A DNA stretch of 64,000 nucleotides from Alphaproteobacteria bacterium. GTDB taxonomy: Bacteria > Pseudomonadota > Alphaproteobacteria > SP197. Under the pieces are notes generated by a model. It saw nothing but the letters and a program-made list of their open reading frames with translations. It ran no database searches and was not told the origin of the DNA. The translations under genes were made by a program, and so were the position numbers. The first letter of the stretch is position 1, and every line of letters begins with the position of its first letter. Below are positions 37,933-46,938 of the stretch, piece by piece. The stretch is from positions 4,512,001-4,576,000 of the forward strand of contig OZ245842.1 of NCBI GenBank assembly GCA_965228895.1, read 5' to 3'.

Positions 37933-40146
37933 ATGACTAAGCACAGCGCCACGGCAGAGAAGTCGAAGCGCGAACCGATCGGCATGCCCATGAAGGTGCT
38001 GATCGGCGGCCTGCTGGGCGTCCTGACCGGCGTATTCTTTGGCGAACACGCGACCGTCCTGGAGCCGATTGGCAGCGCCTACGTTCTGCTGGTTCAAGCC
38101 GTCGTCTATCCCTATATCATCGCGTCCCTGCTGCATGGCCTTGGCGCCATGTCGCCGGCAACAGCGGGGCGTCTGTTCCGCCGAGGCTGGGCGACCTATG
38201 TGGCGATCTGGGCCATTACACTCGGCACGGTCATTGTGTTGACACTCGGCCTGCCCACGTCCGACCAGCTTGTCTATCGGCCCGCCCACAGCGAGATTCA
38301 AACAATCGATTCGTTGCTCGACGTCCTGCTGCCGGCCGATCCGTTTGCGGCGCTCAGCCAGAACCACATGCCGGCGGTCGTGATCTTCTGTCTCATCTTC
38401 GGCGCCGCGCTCCAGCATATCGATCAGAAAGACTCGCTGCTGGAGATGCTGGAGACCGTGCGCAAGACAAGCCTGCAATTCTGGCTGTGGACCGCCAAGC
38501 TGGTGCCCTACGCGACGTTCGCGCTGTTCGCGACATCGGCGGGCACGCTGCCGGTCAGCTCGCTGCCGAAGATTGGCCTATACCTTGGCCTGCTGACGTT
38601 CGGCTGCCTGATCCTGGGGGTCTGGATCCTGCCCGCCATGGTCGCCGCGCTGGCGCCCACGTCCTACCGCGAGATCGTCAAGAACTTGAAGGAGGCGCTG
38701 ACGATCGCCATTGCGACAACCGTCGTCGCTGCCGCCCTGCCCTATGTCATCGAAATGACGCGCAACCTGGCCGACCGTTGCGGAATCAAGGATGAAGATC
38801 GCGCTGACGTCATCGCGACGAACATTTCGATCGCCTACGTCGTCTGCTACGCCGGATCTCTCTTCCTCTATCTCTTCGTGTTGTTCGCCGCCTATTACTT
38901 CGGGACGTCGATCGATCTGATGAACAGCGTCGTACTGCCGTTCATCATTCTTCTGTCGAGCGTCGGGTCCTCGGTCGCCGCGTTGTCATTCATCGACGGT
39001 TGGCTTGGCCTGCCGCCAGAGACCATCCAGGTCTATGTCGAGACATCGACCTTGGCGCAGTATCCGCAGATCATCCTGTCGCTGTTTGCCATCGCCTTTG
39101 TCAGCGTTCTCGTCACCCTCAACTACTATGGCAGGCTGAAGCTCCGTCCCATCAAGCTGCTCGCAACGGTGGCCGTGCCGGTGGTGGTGCTTGCGGCTGG
39201 TGCTTGGGGGATGGGCAAGCTGGACAGCATGCTCAACAAGTCGCACCCGCTGTCCTATGCGGAATTCACGCTACCTGGGGCGATCACGCGCGACATCAAG
39301 GTTAGCTACGAGGGCATGGACTCGCCCCCACCTGACGATAGCGGAGCGCCAGACGACGAGACCGCCTTCGAACGGATTCAGCGGACCGGGGCCTTGCGCG
39401 TCGGCGCCTTCGATTCCAGCATCCCCTTCGTCTATCGCAACAGCGCGGGCAACCTGGTCGGCTACGATATCGCCTTTGCCTATGAGCTGGCGTACGCGCT
39501 TGACGTCGATCTCGTGTTTGTCGACTTCACGCCTCAGAACATGCACAAGGAACTGACGGAAGGCCGCTATGATATCGCCGCATCCGGCCTTTATGTGACG
39601 GAAGAGCGCCTGCGCGGTCTGGTCGCCTCGGACGCCTATGCGCAAAGCGTGCCCGTCCTGTTCGGCGACGCCAACACGGTCTCGCAGTTTCTCACCCGAC
39701 AGGACGTACTGAACTACCCCGACGCGACGGTTGGGGTCTATCAGGAGGAGTCGTTGTTGCAACGGCTGAAGCATCGCCTGCCGGATGTGACGATCACCGT
39801 CGTACCACCCTATACGACGCTTCCCGATTTCACCCAGATCGACGCCGCCGTCTGGTCGTTGCATGAGGCAAGACCGATCGCCGAGCAGAATGAAGATATC
39901 GCCGTCGCCGTAACGGAAAACCTCGGCGAGCCTTTCGTCTACGTCTACTACGTCGCACCGGAAAGCCGACGACTGCGTATCTTTGTCGACGACCTGATCC
40001 GAGACCTCAAGGATATCGGCTGGCACGACGAGCAGACCCGTTTCTGGCTGGAAGGTCTCGGCCCGCAACGAACGGAGTCGCGCTGGAGCATCATGCAGAA
40101 CGTCCTGGGCTGGGGCCTTGACGACGGCGGCGGTTCGAGTCGTTGA
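37933..40146 (+). CDS. DAACS-SBP fusion, copy 2 (tandem paralog)
   Basis: Same architecture and long identical blocks with 35698-37896. Confidence 0.8.
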   Translation: MTKHSATAEKSKREPIGMPMKVLIGGLLGVLTGVFFGEHATVLEPIGSAYVLLVQAVVYPYIIASLLHGLGAMSPATAGRLFRRGWATYVAIWAITLGTVIVLTLGLPTSDQLVYRPAHSEIQTIDSLLDVLLPADPFAALSQNHMPAVVIFCLIFGAALQHIDQKDSLLEMLETVRKTSLQFWLWTAKLVPYATFALFATSAGTLPVSSLPKIGLYLGLLTFGCLILGVWILPAMVAALAPTSYREIVKNLKEALTIAIATTVVAAALPYVIEMTRNLADRCGIKDEDRADVIATNISIAYVVCYAGSLFLYLFVLFAAYYFGTSIDLMNSVVLPFIILLSSVGSSVAALSFIDGWLGLPPETIQVYVETSTLAQYPQIILSLFAIAFVSVLVTLNYYGRLKLRPIKLLATVAVPVVVLAAGAWGMGKLDSMLNKSHPLSYAEFTLPGAITRDIKVSYEGMDSPPPDDSGAPDDETAFERIQRTGALRVGAFDSSIPFVYRNSAGNLVGYDIAFAYELAYALDVDLVFVDFTPQNMHKELTEGRYDIAASGLYVTEERLRGLVASDAYAQSVPVLFGDANTVSQFLTRQDVLNYPDATVGVYQEESLLQRLKHRLPDVTITVVPPYTTLPDFTQIDAAVWSLHEARPIAEQNEDIAVAVTENLGEPFVYVYYVAPESRRLRIFVDDLIRDLKDIGWHDEQTRFWLEGLGPQRTESRWSIMQNVLGWGLDDGGGSSR

Positions 40147-40165
40147 TCTCGCGGCGCGGCCTGCT

Positions 40166-42352
40166 CTAGGACGGCAAGTCCAAGGTCTGGTTCAAACGGA
40201 GGACAAGCTCGCCGAAACGTACGGTCGGCCGCAATCCGTCGAAGTCCTCATCGTAGCGCATCCACATCGCCAACCGGCGCTGGAACACAGGCGAGCAGTC
40301 ATAGGCACGATCAAGGGCGTCGAGGGCGCGGTCATGACGGCCAAGCAGGGTGAACGTGCGCGCGACATTGTACTGCACCATACAGTCGTCGGGTCCGATC
40401 AACACCGCCCGCTCGGCCCAATCTTGCGCCCGTTGATGCTGACCGAGGTCGGCCAAGACCGCGCTGCCGAAAGCAAGCGCACCGGCGTTGTCGGGATGCG
40501 CCTCGATTTCCGGTTCCAATCGCTCGACGCAACGCCGCGCCGCCGCCAAGAACGCCTCATCGCGACCGAGTGCCTGACATTCCTCGGAAAACAAACCAAG
40601 AGACCGAAAGTCATTGGGCCGCAATGCCGCCGCACGCTCAAAGAGATCGGCGGCTTCAGCGCGGCGACCTTGCAGGTGACAGTTTCTGGCATAGAAAAAA
40701 TGCGCTTCGAACAGGTGCGGGCCCAGGCGAATGGCCTGCTCGAACTCGGATGTCGCTTCGTCGTAAAGACCGGCGACATAAAGCGCCAAGCCCTTTGCGG
40801 CATAGGCTTCCGCCAGATTGGGGTCAAGCTGCTGCGCACGAAGACTGTAGTTCAAACAGCTTTCGAAACTGGTATCGGGATCGTTCTTCGAGAGATCCAT
40901 GAAGAGATAGGACTCACAGATCGCGAGCGCGGCATAGGCGAGCGCGTAATCGGCATCGATCTCGATCGCCTTGCCGAACATTTCCTTGGCCAGGCGCAAG
41001 CTGTGTTTGTCGATGCCGCGCAGGTAGAAGCCGCGCCCCATCAAGTAGTAATGGTAGGCATCCATGATCGTCGTCGACCGGCTGACGATACCTTTGAGTT
41101 CCTCCGGCAGGAGTTTCACCGTCAGCACGTCGACGATGTTTTCGGCGATCTCGTCCTGCAGCGCGAACATATCGTCGAGGCTGCGGTCATAGCGTTGCGC
41201 CCACAGTTGACCGCCGGTGGTGCCGTCCACCAGCTGTGCCGTGATACGCACCCGCCCGGCCGCCTTGCGAACGCTGCCCTCAAGGACATAACGGACGTTC
41301 AGCGCACGGGCCACTTGCTGCGCGTCCAGATGTTTGCCCTTGAACGTGAAGGCACTGTTGCGCGCCGCGACAAACAGCGCGGAGATGCGCGAGAGATCGG
41401 TGATGATGTCTTCGGCCAAGCCGTCGGCGAAGAAATCCTGTTCGGTGTCCGCGGTCATGTTCTCAAACGGCAGCACCGCGATCGACGGTGCTTCGGGCAG
41501 CCCGTTTGTCCAGCCGCCGCCACGACTGGGCTCAACCGGTGGCGCAACCGGTGAAACACCGTTGTGCCGCTGGTGGCGTATCGCCTGATAGAGGGCAACC
41601 GTCTCATGCTCCGGCGTGACCACAAGTTCGCGCTGAAGGCGCTCTTTGAATGTCTCGAATAGCTTCAGCGCCTGCGCGCCGTCGCCGCGGTCGGCAAGCC
41701 CTTGCATCAGGGTGCGGCAGGCCGCCTCGTGAAGGGGATCGAGCGAAAGCAGGCGCCGTGCGGCAGTCATGGCGAGGTCACGCCGGCCATCGGCCAAGGC
41801 CTGTGTCATCATGCGGTTCGACGCCTCGCTTGCCTTATCGCGCAAGCGCTGGCGCTCGACCAACAGCCAGTCCTCGAACGCGCCATGGCGCACCTGAACC
41901 CCGTCAAGCAGGTCGCCACGATAGAGTTCCGCCGCCTGCAGGCTGGCCTCCAGCGTGGCCTGGCTCATCAACTCTTCGAACGCCACCACATCGACTGCGA
42001 CCGCATCATGAGCAAGTGTAATCGATTGGCGATTCGCGATAAGCGGTGCTGAAGAAACACCCTCTAAAGCGCGGCGCAGGCGCAGCAGAGCCTGCTTCAG
42101 GCTGTCTCGCGCCTGCTTGTCGCCGGCCTCGCTCCAGAGCATCGACGCAAGCTTGTCGCGCGGCCATGGCACACCCGGCGACATGGCCAAAAATCCAAGG
42201 AGAGCGCGGTCCTTCTGGCCTTTGAGTTCGATGATATCACCGCTGTCGTCGCGCACGACAAACCCACCCAGCAGCGCGATCTGCAACCGGGTCGACGATG
42301 GTCGATCGGTGAGCGCTTTATCCAATGATCTACCCATCAAGGCGGCGTCCAT
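40166..42352 (-). CDS. SARP/BTAD-domain regulator with TolB-like (adenylate cyclase-associated) and TPR domains
   Basis: RDKLASMLW..SLKQAL, LYRGDLL..FEDWL, DPLHE and PSIAVLPFENM motifs; TPR repeats. Confidence 0.85.
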   Translation of the reverse strand: MDAALMGRSLDKALTDRPSSTRLQIALLGGFVVRDDSGDIIELKGQKDRALLGFLAMSPGVPWPRDKLASMLWSEAGDKQARDSLKQALLRLRRALEGVSSAPLIANRQSITLAHDAVAVDVVAFEELMSQATLEASLQAAELYRGDLLDGVQVRHGAFEDWLLVERQRLRDKASEASNRMMTQALADGRRDLAMTAARRLLSLDPLHEAACRTLMQGLADRGDGAQALKLFETFKERLQRELVVTPEHETVALYQAIRHQRHNGVSPVAPPVEPSRGGGWTNGLPEAPSIAVLPFENMTADTEQDFFADGLAEDIITDLSRISALFVAARNSAFTFKGKHLDAQQVARALNVRYVLEGSVRKAAGRVRITAQLVDGTTGGQLWAQRYDRSLDDMFALQDEIAENIVDVLTVKLLPEELKGIVSRSTTIMDAYHYYLMGRGFYLRGIDKHSLRLAKEMFGKAIEIDADYALAYAALAICESYLFMDLSKNDPDTSFESCLNYSLRAQQLDPNLAEAYAAKGLALYVAGLYDEATSEFEQAIRLGPHLFEAHFFYARNCHLQGRRAEAADLFERAAALRPNDFRSLGLFSEECQALGRDEAFLAAARRCVERLEPEIEAHPDNAGALAFGSAVLADLGQHQRAQDWAERAVLIGPDDCMVQYNVARTFTLLGRHDRALDALDRAYDCSPVFQRRLAMWMRYDEDFDGLRPTVRFGELVLRLNQTLDLPS

Positions 42353-42502
42353 CGATTTAACGATGGTTTCACGGTCGAGACCACCGACGATTTACGACAC
42401 CGCGCCAAGATCCACACCTGAGACTGAAAAAGCCGGTGAGGCGGACGAGTAGCGTCATCTGGTGCGTCGCGCCGCCTTACGCGCGATGGAGGGAGCGTAT
42501 CA

Positions 42503-42826
42503 GTGCAGGCACAGGCAGTTGCGTTGTCGTTGGCCTTGGGTTCGGCGGTTTGTTACGTCGTCGCGACCTATGGCATGAAGTTGTTTTCGACCAGTGCGTC
42601 GGTTACCGCGTTTTTCATCATCGCGTTTACCTTGGCGGGTGCCGCAACGTTGGAAATCTTCGCGCTCAAGATCGAGCGTGTCGGTTTCATGTACATCGCC
42701 ATCCTGGGCATCGAAGTGGTGCTCATCGCGTTGGTGTCGATTTTCATTCTGGGTGAATCGTTCTCAACCAGAGAGCTTGCCGGCCTGGGCGGCATCATCA
42801 TCGGCTTGGCGTTGTTAAGCGTGTGA
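42503..42826 (+). CDS. Small 4-TM SMR/DMT-like membrane protein
   Basis: Four hydrophobic segments; LGESFSTRELAG C-terminus; GTG start after GGGAG. Confidence 0.65.
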   Translation: MQAQAVALSLALGSAVCYVVATYGMKLFSTSASVTAFFIIAFTLAGAATLEIFALKIERVGFMYIAILGIEVVLIALVSIFILGESFSTRELAGLGGIIIGLALLSV

Positions 42827-42906
42827 TGGCGCTTGACCTCGCTGGTCCCGGGGCGCCTCGCTGACGGGCCGCCCCGGGAACCTCATGCAAAAGCGATGGC
42901 GTCGCC

Positions 42907-43521
42907 TCAGGGCGTGTCGGACGTTGAAGGCCGCAGGCGGCGCACGGCGTGCCACAGTGCCGGCACGATACAGGCGGCAAGCGCGATCTTGATGAGATCG
43001 GTCACGATGAAGGGCCCGACGCCATAGGCGAACGCCTTGTCGATCCCGAACAGGTAGGCGAGCCAAAGGGCGCCGAGCGCCAGCAGGGCAACCTCGGCCA
43101 CCAGCATGACGCCGAACAGGCGAAACGGATTGCGGTCCCAGCCCTTGTCAGCGGCCCAGCCGACCATGGCGGCGGCGATGACATAGCCGACCAGATAACC
43201 GCCGGTCGGGCCGACCATATAGGCAACGCCGATGCCACGCTCCGGCGTGCCCTGAAACACCGGCAAGCCAAGCGCGCCCTCCAAGAGATAAAGCGCCACC
43301 GTCGCGACCGCCAACCGCCTGCCGAATGCCGCAGCGATGGTGAAAAGCGCCAGCGTCTGCAGCGACGCATCGACCGGCCACAACGGCACCTTGACCTTGG
43401 CCGAAAGCGCCAGCACGGCCGTGCCAAGCAGCGCCAGCAGCGCGTACCAGGCAAGCCGCCGGACCGTCTCGTGAGGAACAAAGGTATCGATCAGGGAGCG
43501 GGGCTCCGCGGAAACTGTCAT
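42907..43521 (-). CDS. bioY: Biotin transporter BioY
   Basis: SLQTLA, YLLEGALGLPVF, GPTGGYLVGY and PFIVTDLIK motifs. Confidence 0.93.
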   Translation of the reverse strand: MTVSAEPRSLIDTFVPHETVRRLAWYALLALLGTAVLALSAKVKVPLWPVDASLQTLALFTIAAAFGRRLAVATVALYLLEGALGLPVFQGTPERGIGVAYMVGPTGGYLVGYVIAAAMVGWAADKGWDRNPFRLFGVMLVAEVALLALGALWLAYLFGIDKAFAYGVGPFIVTDLIKIALAACIVPALWHAVRRLRPSTSDTP

Positions 43522-43666
43522 GGCACATCCTAAGGTTGAAGGCGGCGGCGGGCGCTCAGATAGAACAGCCGCGGCAGCCAACGCAAGAGCCGATTGATTG
43601 AGGACGTGATACCGACCGGCCGCCCAACTGGCACCACCCGGCGGATTCTGATATCCCGTTCTGAAC

Positions 43667-43743
43667 GCGCCCGTAGCTCAGCCGGATAGAGCACAGGATT
43701 CCTAATCCTGGGGTCGCAGGTTCGAGTCCTGCCGGGCGCGCCA
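43667..43743 (+). tRNA. tRNA-Arg (anticodon CCT)
   Basis: GCGCCCG/CGGGCGC acceptor stem, CAGGA-TTCCTAA-TCCTG anticodon arm, GGTTCGAGTCC T-arm, encoded CCA. Confidence 0.97.
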
Positions 43744-43838
43744 TCGATCACAACCGGGTCAGGATCGCGAGGGCAAGGATTTCGTGAGGCCCGGTGCGTG
43801 CTATCTTCGGCGTCTTAGTCAACCTGGGCAGCCCCCTT

Positions 43839-44093
43839 ATGGCGAACATCACGGTCAAACTCTTTGCCTCGCTGGGCGAGTACCTGCCGCCCGAAGCCAA
43901 GGACAACGCCATCATGATCGCGCTGCCCAAAGACGGCACCGTCGGCGCGGCGATCGACGAACTGAAGGTGCCGACCGAACGCTGCCATCTGGTGCTGCTG
44001 AACGGCGTCTTCGTGCCACCGGCCCAGCGCGCATCGGCGGCGCTGGCGGATGGCGATACGGTCGCGATCTGGCCCCCGGTCGCCGGCGGTTGA
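43839..44093 (+). CDS. moaD: MoaD/ThiS-family sulfur carrier
   Basis: ITVKLFASL N-terminus; DGDTVAIWPPVAGG C-terminal di-Gly. Confidence 0.88.
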   Translation: MANITVKLFASLGEYLPPEAKDNAIMIALPKDGTVGAAIDELKVPTERCHLVLLNGVFVPPAQRASAALADGDTVAIWPPVAGG

Positions 44094-44401
44094 CTGGTTC
44101 CTCGCGCGAAACAACCGGGCGTGTCGTCAAGGACATGGCCCTGACGCCGGCCGATTTCGTTCGTCTGCTGCCCCGGGCACTTGACGGCTGGGACTATGAG
44201 GCAGGCCCTGGCGGGGCGACCATCGGGACCGCCGAGCGCGGCGTCACAATTACACTGACCGAGATGCCGCGGCGCGTGATCACAAGCCTCTTGAGCATCG
44301 AGCTCAGCAAGGTGGACATTGCCTTTCACGGCCTCGACCCTGACGAGCAAAAAAGTTTCCTAGAGCGCTTCGACCGGACCTTCCAGCGTGGCGGCGGTTA
44401 G
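44090..44401 (+). CDS. Small hypothetical protein of the AOR cluster
   Basis: TTG start overlapping the moaD stop; ends FLERFDRTFQRGGG. Confidence 0.6.
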   Translation: MTGSSRETTGRVVKDMALTPADFVRLLPRALDGWDYEAGPGGATIGTAERGVTITLTEMPRRVITSLLSIELSKVDIAFHGLDPDEQKSFLERFDRTFQRGGG

Positions 44402-44538
44402 ATCCGCCGGGCCCGCGCCCCGGCCGGGACTGCCACATCACGAAACCGCCCCGGCCCCGGATAGACATTTCCCTCCGCGTCCCTGTTTCGTCTAGTATGC
44501 CTCTCCAAGAGCAATACATGGGGCAAGAAGGGGCAATC

Positions 44539-45018
44539 ATGCACAAATCACTGCTCATCGATCCTGAGAAATGCACCGGCTGTTTGCAGTGCGAAATGGC
44601 CTGTTCGCTGGACAACGAAGGGGTCTTCAACCCAACGAAATCACGCATCAAGGTCTTCCGGTTTCACGACCAGGGGCGCGCGGTGCCCTATACCTGCACC
44701 CAGTGCGCGGAGGCCTGGTGCGCCGAGGCCTGCCCGGTCGATGCGCTCGTCCGCAGCAAGGCGACCGGCGCGGTCGAGGTGCTGAACGACGTCTGTGTCG
44801 GCTGCAAGGTCTGCACCATCGCCTGCCCCTTCGGCACCATCAACTACAACCAGGCAACCGGCAAGGTGATCAAGTGCGATCTGTGCGAAGGCGATCCCGA
44901 GTGCGCCAAGGCCTGCCCGACCGAGGCGATCACCTATGTGGACGCCAACTGGACCGGCTTGGACAAGATGCGCCAGTGGGCCGACAAGACCGACAACGCC
45001 CCCCAGGCTTCGGCGTAG
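44539..45018 (+). CDS. 4x[4Fe-4S] polyferredoxin subunit (AorA-like)
   Basis: CTGCLQCEMAC, CTQC...CAEACP, CVGCKVCTIACP and KCDLC...CAKACP motifs. Confidence 0.92.
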   Translation: MHKSLLIDPEKCTGCLQCEMACSLDNEGVFNPTKSRIKVFRFHDQGRAVPYTCTQCAEAWCAEACPVDALVRSKATGAVEVLNDVCVGCKVCTIACPFGTINYNQATGKVIKCDLCEGDPECAKACPTEAITYVDANWTGLDKMRQWADKTDNAPQASA

Positions 45019-45040
45019 AGAGATAGAGGGAGACGAGATC

Positions 45041-46888
45041 ATGGCATGGACAGGACAGATCCTGAGAGTCGACCTGACGAACGGCACCTGCAAGGCCGAA
45101 CCTCTCAACATGGAATGGGCGCGCAAGTATCTGGGCCAACGCGGCCTCGCGACCAAATATCTGACGGAGGAGATCGATCCCAAGGTCGACCCGATGTCGC
45201 CCGACAACAAGATGATCATGACGACCGGCCCGTTGACCGGCACCTGCGCCTCGACCGCCGGCCGTTATTCGGTCGTCACCAAAGGCGCGCTGACCGGCGC
45301 GATCGCGTGCTCGAACTCCGGCGGCTTCTTCGGCAACGAAATGAAGAACGCCGGCTGGGACATGGTCATCTTCGAGGGCAAGTCGCCCAACCCGGTCTAC
45401 ATGCTGATCGAAGATGACGCCGCCCAGCTGATCGACGCCGGCGACTACTGGGGCAAGTCGTGCTGGGATACCGAAGAAGGCATCAAGGAAAAGCACGGTG
45501 ATCCCCTGATCCGCGTCGCCTCGATCGGCGTCTCCGGCGAAAAGGGCGTCAAGATCGCCTGCGTCGTCAACGACATGGACCGTGCGGCCGGGCGTTCCGG
45601 CGTCGGCGCAGTGATGGGTTCGAAGAACCTGAAGGCCGTCGCCATCCGCGGCACCAAAGGCGTTCCGGTCAAGGACACCAAGGCCTTCATGGCCGCCACC
45701 GCCGCCGGCAAGGAAGTCCTGGCCGGCAACGCGGTGACCGGCGAGGGCCTGCCGGCTTATGGCACCCAGGTCTTGATGAACGTGATCAACGAGACCGGCG
45801 CGTTGCCGACCCGCAACCACCGGGACGTGCAGTTCGAAGGCGCCGGCGACATCTCGGCCGAGGCCATGGTCGCCAAGCGCGACAGCGACGGCAAGGCGAA
45901 CCTGATCACCAACGCCGCGTGTTTCGCCTGCACCATCGCGTGCGGGCGCGTGTCGCAGATCGAGCGCACCCACTATACGGTGAAGGATCGCCCGCAATAC
46001 CAGAAGGTCTCCGGCGGTCTGGAGTACGAAGCGGCCTGGGCCCTGGGCGCGGCGACAGGCGTCAACGATCTGGACGCGCTGACCTTCGCCAACTTCATCT
46101 GCAACGAGCAGGGCATGGACCCGATCTCGCTCGGCGCCACGGTTGGTGCGGCGATGGAGCTTTATGAAGACGGCGTGCTGACCACCGCGCAGACCGGCGG
46201 CATCGAGCTCAAGTTCGGCAGCGCCGAAGCGCTGACGACGGTCACCGAGCAATGCGGCCTGGGCGAAGGTTTCGGTGCTGAGATCGGCCTCGGCTCGAAG
46301 CTCTTCTGCGAGAAGTACGGCAAGCCTGAACTCTCCATGAGCGTCAAGGGCCAGGAGTTCCCGGCCTATGATTCCCGTGGCATTCAGGGCATGGGTCTGG
46401 CCTACGCCACCTCCAACCGCGGTGCCTGCCATCTGCGCGGCTATACGGTGGCATCGGAAGTCCTCGGCATTCCCGAAAAGACCGACCCCTTGGTCCCGGA
46501 CGGCAAGGCCGGCCTGGTCAAGGCGTTCCAGGACGCGACGGCGGTCTTCGATTCGGCCGGCATCTGCATCTTCACCTCGTTCGCCTGGACCCTCGACGAC
46601 GTAGCGCCGCAGATCGACGCGGCCTGCGAAGGCGAGTGGACCGTCGACTACCTCTTGGAGGTCGGCGAGCGAATCTGGAACATGGAGCGGCAGTTCAACC
46701 TGGCGGCCGGTTTCACCGGCAAGGACGACAACCTGCCGCAACGGCTCCTGAAGGACGCGGCCAAGACCGGCCCGGCCGAAGGCCTGACCAACCAGCTCGA
46801 CAAGATGCTGCCGGAATACTACGAGGCACGCGGCTGGACCCCGGACGGCGTGCCGACCAACGAGACGCTCAGCCGCCTGGCGGTCTGA
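45041..46888 (+). CDS. aor: Tungsten-type aldehyde:ferredoxin oxidoreductase catalytic subunit (AorB-like)
   Basis: ILRVDL, AAGRSGVGAVMGSKNLKA, CFACTIAC, EYE, GMDPIS, RGACHLR and YYEARGW motifs. Confidence 0.95.
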   Translation: MAWTGQILRVDLTNGTCKAEPLNMEWARKYLGQRGLATKYLTEEIDPKVDPMSPDNKMIMTTGPLTGTCASTAGRYSVVTKGALTGAIACSNSGGFFGNEMKNAGWDMVIFEGKSPNPVYMLIEDDAAQLIDAGDYWGKSCWDTEEGIKEKHGDPLIRVASIGVSGEKGVKIACVVNDMDRAAGRSGVGAVMGSKNLKAVAIRGTKGVPVKDTKAFMAATAAGKEVLAGNAVTGEGLPAYGTQVLMNVINETGALPTRNHRDVQFEGAGDISAEAMVAKRDSDGKANLITNAACFACTIACGRVSQIERTHYTVKDRPQYQKVSGGLEYEAAWALGAATGVNDLDALTFANFICNEQGMDPISLGATVGAAMELYEDGVLTTAQTGGIELKFGSAEALTTVTEQCGLGEGFGAEIGLGSKLFCEKYGKPELSMSVKGQEFPAYDSRGIQGMGLAYATSNRGACHLRGYTVASEVLGIPEKTDPLVPDGKAGLVKAFQDATAVFDSAGICIFTSFAWTLDDVAPQIDAACEGEWTVDYLLEVGERIWNMERQFNLAAGFTGKDDNLPQRLLKDAAKTGPAEGLTNQLDKMLPEYYEARGWTPDGVPTNETLSRLAV

Positions 46889-46903
46889 TCCTGCATTAAG
46901 CTA

Positions 46904-46938
46904 GCGCGGGCGCTTCCCTAGGGGAGCGCCCGCGTTTT
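46904..46938 (+). terminator. Rho-independent terminator after aor
   Basis: GCGCGGGCGCTTCCC-ta-GGGGAGCGCCCGCG followed by TTTT. Confidence 0.75.

Noticed and set aside
43667-43743. tRNA-Arg as an integration site for a genomic island
   Set aside because: No integrase, no duplicated tRNA 3' end noticed, and no obvious compositional shift by eye
43784-44089. Long N-terminal extension of the 205-aa ORF overlapping moaD
   Set aside because: Out-of-frame overlap with moaD; the real start is more likely TTG at 44090 or ATG at 44135
44930-46741. 603-aa antisense ORF over aor (also 16166-17419, 19206-20585, 40118-41554, 48880-50196)
   Set aside because: Typical high-GC antisense shadow ORFs opposite well-supported genes, with no motifs of their own
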